From positions 234,732,001 through 234,796,000 of the forward strand of contig OZ024742.1 of NCBI GenBank assembly GCA_964016885.1: 64,000 bases of DNA. Direction: 5' to 3'. A program made the translations under genes and the position numbers. Shown here piece by piece: positions 53,316 through 64,000 of the stretch. The stretch's first letter is position 1. Each line of letters opens with the position of its first letter. The stretch comes from Eledone cirrhosa. Taxonomy: Eukaryota. The notes below the pieces were generated by a model, which was given only the letters and a program-made list of their open reading frames with translations, had not been told where the DNA came from and searched no databases.

Positions 53316-54379
53316 TAGCTGATTATATAAATATGTAAGTTAAGTTGTCAGATACAGAAAATGTTACTTTAGTGATGTTTGTGTGGAAGAAAGGAATCAG
53401 AGAGTCAGCTGGGATGTTGAGTTCTATGCTGACAAGAAAAACTGGCTGTTTGGTAAATGTGTACTTCATTTAGTATAGGTAGATATGGCAGAGTGAAGAA
53501 AGAGAGGAAGAAGGAGTGTGTGAAAGAGGAAGGGAGAGAGGGAGAAAAAGAAGGAAAGTAACAAAGAAATAAAAAAGAGATAGGGGTAACAAGGTAAGAC
53601 AAAGACAATGATAGATTATGTGTAGTGCATAATTATGAGTATGTATGTATGTATGTGTGAGATGGAATACATCCATAAATGTGTGTATGACTGTATATGG
53701 AGTATGTTTGTGTTGGGTTGTAAGTGTATTTACATAATGGAGCTACTACTCAAAGGATCAGCTTTGTCACATGATGTGTCATGTTGATTGGCTGTGGATT
53801 ACTCAGACACTTAAACTTTATATATATGTAACGGATTTTTTCCAGTGATGTGAATCCTTAACTTTAGATTCACCCATGAATTTTTCAAGCATCAGTCATC
53901 ATTTTTTTAAATATTGTTTTTTGTCAAACTAGGATATACCATCAAAATTGCTTTTTGATGAGGATTCATCCCATTCCAGGGTTGGATCTTACCTCACTTT
54001 CTAAGTTGTCAACATCCACGATATAAACTTGATTTCAACCAGAGTTGACACAGCTGTTAACTGTGTATGATTTAATCACCAGACTGTCAAGCTTTCCTAC
54101 AACAACTTGTTGCCAGTCTGCCAAATGTATTTGGTCAGTCACGGACTACACCAATTACAAAATTAGCAGAGTTGTTAGACCATCAAATAAAATGCTTTGT
54201 GGTATTTATACTGGCTCTCTGCCCTCTCAGTTCAAATTTCGCCAAGGTCACCTTTGTCTTTTATTCTTTCAAGGTCAATAAATAAAGTATTAGTCAAGTA
54301 TTGGGGTCGATTCTTTCTCCATATTTATTTCTCACTTCTCTCTAACTAATTCTCCTTCTCTGGAAGAAATTGGCTGTGT

Positions 54380-54612
54380 TCAGACCTGGAGAGATGGGTT
54401 CCACCAGGTTTAAAGTGCCCAAGACATATGTCATAATAGTGCCCCTACAACTCCATCAAGAGTTACAGGCCCATACATACACTAGTACAACTTTTAAACA
54501 TTGATTTCTGTGAACTTTCTTCAGACTACAGAAATTCACATCACATATCATACCAATACAACCAGACTATAACTGTAGAACAACTACTATTGTGAACTTG
54601 CTCATTTGCTTG
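54380..54612 (+). mobile_element. Penelope-like element remnant (region preceding the GIY-YIG nuclease)
   Basis: Translates to ...IIPIQPDYNCRTTTIVNLLICL, resembling the CxTxNxVYLIxC motif of PLE GIY-YIG domains. Confidence 0.4.
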
Positions 54613-54805
54613 ATCATCATCATCATCAGTTGTGATCAATTCCTTGATTATTGTTGAAGCATATTTAAATACAATTACTTTGCATTACTTGTGTTTTAAT
54701 GTATTTGGTTTATTTTTTTATGTTTTATCTTACCTTCATTTAACACACACTTATCTTATTTGCAACACATCTCTTCATTAGTTATCCTATTGTCTTATGT
54801 AGCAT

Positions 54806-54858
<53 letters not shown>

Positions 54859-55509
54859 CAGCATAAACAGTAGACATAAAATGAGGATAATTATTATATA
54901 TATCTATATTTATTATCAGCATTTCATGTCTATTCTGGGACATGCATTCTCACACTTTCTCTCCCTCTCTCTGCAGAATACTTAAAGTGGATTTTCATGG
55001 CACCAGCACTAGAGAAATTTTCAAGTCTGTAACACAGCTGAAGGATCCTCTTAACGTTTGATTAACAAGTTTCTTTGGCTGAATACCCTTCCTATCATGA
55101 ACCACTTTACAGAGTATACTGGGTGTGTTGTACTGTGTCACCAACATGCATGTATATGCAAACGAAAGAAGAGAGAACTCAATACATTATGTAGATTATA
55201 TATTTGTGTGTAAAGAGGAAGTACAAACTGTTAAGATTTGTGTAGCTGATGTTCAACTTGAACATATGTACTTCATTCTCTTCAAGAAAATGATGGGTAT
55301 GAACTGAAATCTATGGTTGGAGCATTTTTGGAAAGAAAGTCTGAATTAAGTATTTATTGGTGGAATCTGTATTGGTAATGAAAAGAGAAAAGATGCATGG
55401 GTTGAGTGGGAAGTATTGAACATTCTTCATTGTCACCATTAATGATTTTTTTTTCAAGGTCTCTCTGTGAATGGCGATGGTGTATGTCTGGCAGGAGGTG
55501 CTTAGGTTG

Positions 55510-56270
55510 TTTGAGTGACTTGTGAGAACAGTGCAAGCCAAGTGTAGAGGTGCTATCAACAAAGTGATTGTAAATGATGAGTTTAGTGAGGAATTCAATG
55601 TGCAGTTAGGTGTTCTTCAAGGCTCAGTCTTCAAATCCCTCCTGTTTATTATAGTTCTCCAGGCCATAAAAGAGTAGTGTATATATGGATCTCCATGGGA
55701 ACTTCTGTATGCTGATTACTTAGTTTTTTTTAACAGAATCTGTGGATGAGCTAGAGAAGAAATTCATTTGTGGAAACAGAACTTAGAATCAAAAGTAAAC
55801 TTGCAAAAACCAAAATTTTAGTAAGTAGAAAAGACAGGACACCAGTCTCATCAGGAAAATGGCCATGCTAAATATGTAGAAAAGGAGTAGGTGGGAATTC
55901 TGTATAATGTACACAATGTAAAATATAGGTACACAAGATATGTAATGGGGTTGTAGGTAGACTTTGTATGTAGGAGATGCATAGAGGTAGTTAGTATTAA
56001 GATTTCCCAATACCAAGAATGCTTCATAGAAGTAGTTGATGGCTTCTGTTACCTCAGGGAGTAAATTAACTCTTGAGTAGCTTGCTCTGAAAATATAGTA
56101 GCTAGAAAAAGGACAGGCAGGAAAAAAGTTCAGGGAGCTACTAGCTCTGTTGACAACAGAAAGTTTCTCCCTATAAATGAAAGGCTCACTGGATGATGCC
56201 AGTGTATGATGTGCAATGCTGCTTAGAAGTGAAACATGGGCACTAAATGCAGAGGATAGGTGGAAGCATG
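55510..56270 (+). mobile_element. Old RTE-like LINE fragment
   Basis: Nucleotide similarity to the RT and finger region of the other copies, with many stops. Confidence 0.8.
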
Positions 56271-56864
56271 GAAGTAACCAAACATCATACTGCCATACTG
56301 CTTTATGTTTAAATTGAGCAGTTAGTAATTTATTCTTCCTAGCTTCTTCCATCAACAAGTGAGTACAAGTCAACTCTGCTTCATGAAAAATAACTATTTT
56401 AGGGGTATATCTTAAACAACCCCAGTATAGTTTTCCCTATTGGAGAATGAAATTTGTTGATAACTTGGAGATAGCTATTGCTCATATCTCCCACATACCT
56501 AGCTGCTTACAAAAATTAAGTGTTGATTACACCCTTATTGTACAATCTCAGGTGTTTATATCTTAGGCAGTGGCATTTCTTTAATATAGTTTTAACAGCA
56601 TACCATGCTGAGGTTATTATTTTTTTTCAATGAAAACATTTCAAATTGTATTGTAAGTAAATATCAAGAATATTCATATATTTGTGCAGTGTTAATAGCT
56701 AGTTCATTCAATATATTTCATCACATTGATAATTGATAGATTTGGGGTTATAGAAATGAATCAATTGAGTTTTTAGAGGGCTCAAATAATTGACCATTTT
56801 TGTTTTCCCATTTAATTGCAGTTGCTAGAGCTGTACATAACCTAATTTTATTGTTAATGATGCT

Positions 56865-57290
56865 AGGGCAGTGGATTAGCAGAAACAAAGAGCATCAGAT
56901 ACCATGCTTTGTGGCATAGAATTACAGCCCTTTGCGTTCTGAGTTCAAATCTCAGCGAGGTTAGCTTTGCCTTTCATCTTTACGGGGTCGATAAAATAAA
57001 GTACCAGTAATGCACTGAGGTCGATTTAATTGACTTTCCCCTCCCCCAAAATTGCTGGTCTTGTGCATATAGTAGAAATTATTATTAATGATGAGGCATT
57101 GGACAATTGAAAGTTGTATTTAATTACAAATGTCAAAGTTCTGGGTTCAAATCCCACCAAAGTCAACTTTGCCTTTCATACTTCTGGAGGTTGATAACAT
57201 AAACTACCAGTAAAGTACTGAGGTCAAGATAATTGAATTCCCTCATCCCCCAAATTGCTGGTTTTGTGCCAGTGTTAGAAATGATGTTAT
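56865..57290 (+). mobile_element. Two SINE copies (other diverged copies near 30500-30680, 37530-37640 and 54150-54310)
   Basis: B-box gagttcaaatc and the shared body. Confidence 0.8.
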
Positions 57291-57422
57291 TGATGATATT
57301 AATGAAGTATACATATCTTGATATCATTGGTAAAATTGAACTTCCACAATTTTATTTAACTATTTTGATATCAAACTGCATATGACTGCCCTTGATTTAT
57401 GATACAAAACTGCACATTTTAA

Positions 57423-57636
57423 CCCTTTAGCAATTACATTACTCTATATTTACTATTGCATTTTCTTGGTAAACACTTTATTTTACATAATTATCTCACA
57501 TAATATTGAATCTATGAGATATTGATATTTTTATTTTGAGGAGAATACTTTAACATAAGTATAAACGGCCAGTTACAGTTGGTTTGAACAGGTGAGAAAA
57601 TTCTGGCTGGATATGGCCGGGTTAAATGCTAAAGGG
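57423..57636. mobile_element. piggyBac-type MITE family 1 copy, nested in another AT-rich repeat
   Basis: ttaa-ccctttagca...tgctaaaggg-tt. Reverse complement of the 39801-40020 copy. Confidence 0.7.
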
Positions 57637-58116
57637 TTCAGATGTTTAACCTAATATTAAAACATTCCATGATAATTTTATTTTAGAAATTTTTGTTAAG
57701 TAATATTTTAAATATGAGCTTATTAATGTGAAGCTTAGTTATTTTTTGAATTCCTCCAAAATTTTGGCTATTTGCAAAATTAATTCACATACACAGTGTA
57801 TTTCATTAGAAATATGGTAATACAATAAATAATTAAGCAAATATGTTGTATAGAATAGAAATTGGATGGGTGAAAGTGGGGAGCCCTGTGGTAAACCCTT
57901 GAAAAGATATATAATTTTACTTTTATTATTACCAAAAAGCTAGAAACCCAGTTGGGAATTTCATATCATTTTCTAATTAGAGTATCAAGATCTATGTTAG
58001 CATAAGCTCCCTTTATATCTCAGATTAAACTGATTGACTTTTTCATTACAGAGTGAAAAAAAGAGAGTGTGTGTGTATGTATGTACATATATATATAGGT
58101 GTGTGTATGTATGTAC

Positions 58117-58159
<43 letters not shown>

Positions 58160-58229
58160 TATTTATGTCCCATAACTTAACGATTTGACAAAAAAGAATT
58201 CAATAAAATAAGTACCAGGCATCTCTTCT

Positions 58230-59660
58230 TTTTCTTCTTCATCCACTTATTTCTGAGAGGGCAGAGTCCTCAAACACTCCTACCAGCGAGTCCTATCAGA
58301 AGCAACCATTTACAACTGCTCCAGATGGATTCTCAAGCAAGACCAGCTGAGGTCATGGATTTACCTCTGGCCAGTTGGTTTTGCCCGTAAGATCTGTCCA
58401 GTGATTCTTTCCTGAGATATTCTAACCACATGTCCATAGTATCAGAGGTGTGATTTTTCAGTTTACCCCAAAAACTTTTCAAAGGAACCCCAATTTGGCT
58501 GTTTGTATTGGTGATCATAAGCTTTTGGTCATTACCCAAGATTCGTGACCATAGATAAGGGTTGGCATGAATACTAAATTGAAGATGGCAATTTTGGCTT
58601 TTACATCTACCACCCTTCTTCTGATTACTAAATGTTGAAGTTGGTGCACCAGCTCCTGCAATTCTTGCACTTAATTCAGCCTCCTGCCTTCCATCACTCA
58701 TGAACATGGCTCAAAGATACTTGAACTTCTTCACCTGTTTCAGAGGAACTCCATTCACATGTAAAATGCACTGTGCAGGCTTCCTTGGGAGGACAAGTGT
58801 CTCAGTTTTCACAGCACTGATTTTTATTCCAGCCATGCAGAAATCGGCATCAAACCTTATCAAGTGCAAGCTGGAGATCACCTTCTGTCAAGTTAAGTAA
58901 CACCATGCCGTCTACAAATTCCAGCTGACTGATTCTACACTTGCCAGTTGGGATACTACACAAATACTTGGACATTCACATAGAGACAACAAAGCAACTA
59001 GAAGCTGTCCATCAATCTCATACTCCTGCAGAACCTTCCACAGCAGGTCACGTGGAATGCAATCATATGCCTTTTCGAGGTCTACAAAGCAAGTACTGCA
59101 AAGACCTACCACAATGTGAACATTTGGTTGGCTGTGCTGCATCTGGAGTGAAAACCACACTAACTTGAACTCTACAATCTCCCGATATCTCTTTGCCAGG
59201 CACTTAGTATAGACTTTACTGGGGAGGCTTAACAAGGCGATTACTCAATAATTGGAGCAATTTCTCTTGTCTCCCTTTTTGAAAATTGGGATTATCACTC
59301 CTGATTGCCATTGTTTAGGTGCCATTCCAGAGATCCAGGCCACCCAGCACACAGGAGTCAACAAGAGAATACCTTCTCTATTTAAGGCTTTTAACATCTC
59401 AGGCCAAATTTTAACCTTCCTTGCGGCCATGCCACATTTGAGCTCTTTAATTGCTCCTGTGACCTCGGCCTCCTAGAGATTAGTCACCGCTCCCAGATGC
59501 ACCTCGTATATATCAGAAGATGCTGTTGTGATGCACCTCTTTGAAGAAAGGAGTACTCCAGATGCATTCTAAATAGCAGGTGTGGAGGAGGACTTCTTAT
59601 TATGAAGTCAGCGGATGGTCTGCCAGAAGACTTTATTGGCTCATCTGAAGTCTTGAAAAA
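58230..59660 (-). mobile_element. Degraded LINE of a different RTE family
   Basis: ORFs with PIFKKGDKRNCSNY and FVDLEKAYDCIPRDLLW; no Cys/His finger seen. Confidence 0.85.
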
Positions 59661-60427
59661 TTAAATACTGGAATTGATATCAATTAAATCAACACAGTGG
59701 CCTAGTATGGCCTCAGTCTAATGAGTGAAATTAGTAAAAATAGCAAAAAGAGTAAAAAAAAATGAGCAGGAGGTTAATATATATATATATATATACAAAT
59801 TTTAGTACAGCATTAACGAAGCTTTAGTTCGCGGCCAAGTTTAACGAATGCAAATTCGGTCTGTAGCTTTAGCACTCGGATGGGGAAAAGTACCCCAGAG
59901 TAATAACAATACGTTTAGACAGCTTAGCAAATCAAATATAGCGATTGGCAGTCCAGCCGCATCACTAGAGCAACGAAAATACAGGACTCAGGAAAAGATT
60001 TTAGATAGAGAGAGAGAGAGATAAAGATGTAGATAGATAGGTCGATAGATATATAGATAGAGATAGATAATAGATAGATAGATAGCTGATGTTATCAGTT
60101 GATGGGAAAATGTAGTTGCCATTGTCATAATTTTCTTTCAATCCATTTATTTCTTTATCTTTGTTCGCTAAACATGTCTCAACTGACCAGAAAAAGCCAC
60201 ACAGAGCGAGTTTAGGAGAGAGAGATGGTTGTAGACAGAAGATATTGAAAAATGATGAAATGAGAGCAGGTAAAAAGTATTAATTAGCAAAGCTTATCAT
60301 ATGAGTAGCAATAAATCATTCTCTTTAATGGAGGGGATTTAGAAACCAAAGAATGAAGAATGAAAGCAAAGAAAATAAAGTGGAGGTGTTGGGGGTGGGA
60401 GAAAGAGGGCGAGAGAGAGATGATGGA

Positions 60428-60481
<54 letters not shown>

Positions 60482-60639
60482 GTAGGGTGTGATTAGAATG
60501 AGATTTGGCTGTTATTTCTAGCAATTGGATCGACCGCGTAGACAACCGCTACTGTGATCCTGTTGTTGCTTCTAATGCCGCCGTCATCAGCAGGCAGCAA
60601 CAAGGGATGAGGGAACTACTCTGTATTTCATTGGTGTCA

Positions 60640-61985
60640 TCTTTCTTTTAATTCTGTGCCACGCAAAAGACTTATGGCAAAACTCTCTGCAATGGGTGTG
60701 AGGGATGATCTTTTCGACTGGCTGAAATCCTTCATTCTCAGCCGAAAGGAAGTAGTCACGGTTCTAGGACAGCATTCTTCACCATATGAGATGTCATCTG
60801 GTGTACCACAGGGATCTGTTCTTGGTCCTCTTTTGTTTGTGGCATATATTAATGACATAGATGCCAACTTACAGAATGCCACGGTACTAAAATATGCAGA
60901 TGACATCAAGCTGTACCTTGAAATCAAAAGGACTGATCCTGAAATTTACAACTCTTTCCTACAATCAGACCTGGACACAATGCAGCAATGGATCACAGAC
61001 TGGCAACTGAAGCTGGCTGTGGACAAGTGTACCACCATGCATTTTGGAAGGAAAAATCCAGCGTCCACATACTCCCTCCACAACACTGACATCAAAAAGT
61101 CCTCTTGTGAACGTGACCTGGGCATTACTGTCAGCAACGATTGCGTTGGACAAAGCATGTCTCTAAGATTGCAAGAAGGCCGAGGGTGTCTTGGCATCAC
61201 TCAGCAAGACCTTTGTTAGCCGCTCTCCAGCCATCTATTTAAAACTGTATACAGCTATGGTGCGACCACACTTGGAATTCGCATCATCAGTCTGGAACCC
61301 CTATCTTGCTCGGAACATTGACCTCCTGGAAACTGTTCAGAGACGTGCAACCAAGCGCATACCCTCCATCAGACACCTACCATACTTTGAACGCCTTGCT
61401 TCCCTGGGCATGGATTCATTGAAGCTCCGACGTCTGGCAATGGACTTGGTGAATACCCACAAAGTTTTTAACCATCTCGCCAACTGCAACCCTGAGCGCC
61501 TCTTTGATCTCCATGTGTCTAACACACGTGGACATGCCTACAAGATAAGAAAACAGCACAGCTCCCATGACTTTCGCAGACTTTTTTCACGCTCAGAGTT
61601 GCTGAAGCATGGAACAAACTACCTGCGTCAATTGTTAGCTGCCGAGACACTGCATCCTTTAAGACACTCATGCTTCCCAAAATACGCCAAAACTACACCT
61701 GATGTACCCCTTCCATACACATGCACACGTGTGTATCATGACTCGTGCACTGTTCATTTTACTGATGTTTGTGCATTGCCCTATGTACTGTACATGCACT
61801 TTTTTGATGAGTTGTGGTGCACCTGGGCAGTGTGCACAATATTTCGTTATTGTTATTATATCATGACTCATACACTGTTTATTTTCCTGACATTTGTACA
61901 TTATTCTATGTACTATACATGCACCTTTGATGAGTTGTAGTGCACCTGAGCACTGTACACAATAATTTCATTATTATATTATTAT
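60640..61985 (+). mobile_element. 5'-truncated CR1-clade LINE
   Basis: GVPQGSVLGPLLF, YADD, KC..MHFG, ERDLGI, then LYTAMVRPHLEFASSVWNP and VQRRATK (ORFs 60656-61219 and 61191-61940). Duplicated segment in the 3' UTR. Confidence 0.92.
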
Positions 61986-62209
61986 CTATAACCAGCATCA
62001 TTCTCTTCCTATTTTTTTTTTTTTGTGCCACCATCATCACTATATTCCAGCAACAGCACCACTACATGGTCGCTAGAATCACACCCCACTGTCTTTAGAA
62101 AGAAAACGGAAGGACACATTGGAGAATGTAGTTCTAGATTATATCAAACGTGTGGGCCACGATTGGAATGCCTTTGATCGTAAGTCTGCTTGATTAAGGC
62201 TAAACAACA

Positions 62210-62430
62210 ACAACCCTGAGCACCTTTTTGATCTCCATGTGTCTAACACACGTGGACATGCCTACAAAGTCAGAAAACAGCACAGCTCCCATGACTTTTG
62301 GAAACAATTTTTCATGCTTAGAGTTGCTGAAGCATGGAACAAACTGCCTGTGTCAGTTGTTAGCTGCCGAGACACTGCATCCTTTAAGACACTCATGCTT
62401 CCCGAAATACGCCAAAACTACACCTGATGT
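62210..62430 (+). mobile_element. Second short CR1 3' fragment
   Basis: Near-identical to about 61487-61704 (NTRGHAYK...RVAEAWNKLP). Confidence 0.85.
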
Positions 62431-62444
62431 AATCCATCTGACTG

Positions 62445-64000
62445 GCGTGTTCCCCTGATCTATAGGGGATCAAGTGATGGTCTCGTTTTTTGAAGTTTGT
62501 GTTACAGATAGTTAGGTTATTAGCCTCACAGAATTGCAGGATTCTGAAGCCTTCCTCATTTCTTGTACCAAACCCATAGCCTCCGTGATTCCGTCATAGC
62601 CATCACAATGTTGTCCGACATGACCATTTAGGTCACCAGTAATAATTATGTAGTCACTGTCGGTTATTTGGGAGGTAGTGAGCATTAGCGACTCATAGAA
62701 TCTGTCTTTTATAACACCAGGTAGTCCAGATATATATATATATATATATCCATATGTGAAGAGGCATGGGCTTAGTGGTTAGAGTATTGGGCTTGAAATC
62801 GGGAGGTTGTGAATTTGATTCTCAGATCAGGTGATGCATCATGTTCTTGAGCAAGACAATTTATTTCACGTTGCTCATTTTATTCAGCTGTAGAAATGTG
62901 TTGCGATGTCACTGCCCTTCCTAATGCCAACTTCATTTAGTTCAGAATGATTTTTGTCATGACGTCTACACTACCACTTTACAGTGTGGGCTGGGTGCTT
63001 TTTGTCATGACACCTACACGACCATTTTACAGTGTGGACTAGGTACTTTTTGTTGTGACACCTACATGACCACGTTACAGTGTGTGCTAGGAGCTTTTTG
63101 TTGTGACACCTACACGACCACTTTACAGGGTGGGTTGGGCATTTTTTGCCATATCACCATCACAACCACTTTATAGTGTGGGCTGGGGGCTTCACTGGAT
63201 ATATACTTCAGCCTGTCCTCATGAAAGATGTATGGGAAAGTGGGGTGAGGGTGGTGCATATATGTGTATGCTTTAGCTTCAGCCTGTGCCCATGGGAAAG
63301 CAAGTCTTCTGTATTACTGCATAATGCCAGACATCTCAGTCCTTTGTCATCACCTTTGAGAAGTGCAATTATGCAAGGTCAGCTTTTATCACCTCATCCT
63401 AAGTGTTCCTGGGTCTCCCCATTCCATGGCTTCCATCGACTTTGAACGCTCTTCACCTTTTTATACAGTTGTCATCCTTCATACACATCACATGTCCATA
63501 CCAATGCAGTTGCCTCTCCTGCACACTGCATCTGATTCCTAGTTTCTTTCTCAATTCCTGCCATTCATGTAAGTTACTATTAAATATCTAGCGGAGCATG
63601 CAAGCTTCATTTCTTTCCAATCTATGCAAGGCTTCTGCATACAGCACCCAGGACTCACTACCATACAACATTGCAGTTTGCCTTTCATTTTGAGGGAAAA
63701 GCCTTTTGCAGCTAGCAGTGGTAGTAGCCCCCAGAAATTCTTCCATCCCATTCTCACTCTGTTTTCTCCTTTACTTACTAGGACCTTAGTATTTGTCAAG
63801 TTGGCTTTAAGACCCTTCTTTCTAGGCCCTGCCTCCATGTTTGGAATTCCTTCTCTAGTTCTACCATAGATTCCGCTATGAGTATAAGATCATCCGCAAA
63901 CAGAAGTTCTCATGAGCAGCTGGTCTTAAACTCCTCTGTTATAGTCTGCAGTATGATGATAAACAGGAGAGGGCTAAGAACAGAGCCCTGGTGGATGTTA
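62445..64000 (-). mobile_element. RTE-like LINE pieces (APE fragment about 62445-62730; 3' part about 62915-64000) separated by a SINE head
   Basis: 62445-62730 is close to 25690-25970. 62915-64000 has 3' UTR tandem units and ORF 63551-63838. Confidence 0.88.
62760..62915 (+). mobile_element. Head of a second tRNA-derived SINE family (related copies near 32015-32290 and 34465-34760)
   Basis: ggcttagtggttagag A-box-like start, decayed B-box, then gttcttgagcaagaca; no complete cloverleaf. Confidence 0.55.

Noticed and set aside
62965-63190. CRISPR-like repeat with variable segments
   Set aside because: The variable parts are homologous to each other and the block is the 3' UTR of a LINE.

Overview
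This is AT-rich, repeat-dense eukaryotic (animal) genomic DNA. The repeat families suggest a coleoid cephalopod such as octopus, but that is an inference. The window holds the 5' half of one minus-strand gene, a PDE10-type GAF-domain cyclic-nucleotide phosphodiesterase. I reconstructed 13 phase-consistent GT-AG coding exons from the ATG at 50641 down to 3447, covering the N-terminus, GAF-A and the first part of GAF-B; the catalytic domain lies beyond the left edge. Introns and upstream DNA are filled with transposons: many RTE-like LINE copies carrying a PHD-like Cys/His finger (one nearly full length), a CR1 LINE, tRNA-derived SINEs, a nearly intact Merlin (IS1016-like) transposase, a decayed mariner, TA- and TTAA-flanked MITEs, and Penelope-like remnants with decayed hammerhead motifs. 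A 68-bp higher-order minisatellite lies upstream of the first coding exon. Most ORFs in the track are LINE fragments or spurious. I found no prokaryotic operon, CRISPR array or clearly new system. The best leads are the apparently shortened GAF-A, inverted LINE pairs around GAF-A exons, the Merlin element and the minisatellite. Transposon boundaries are approximate unless a TIR or TSD is quoted.
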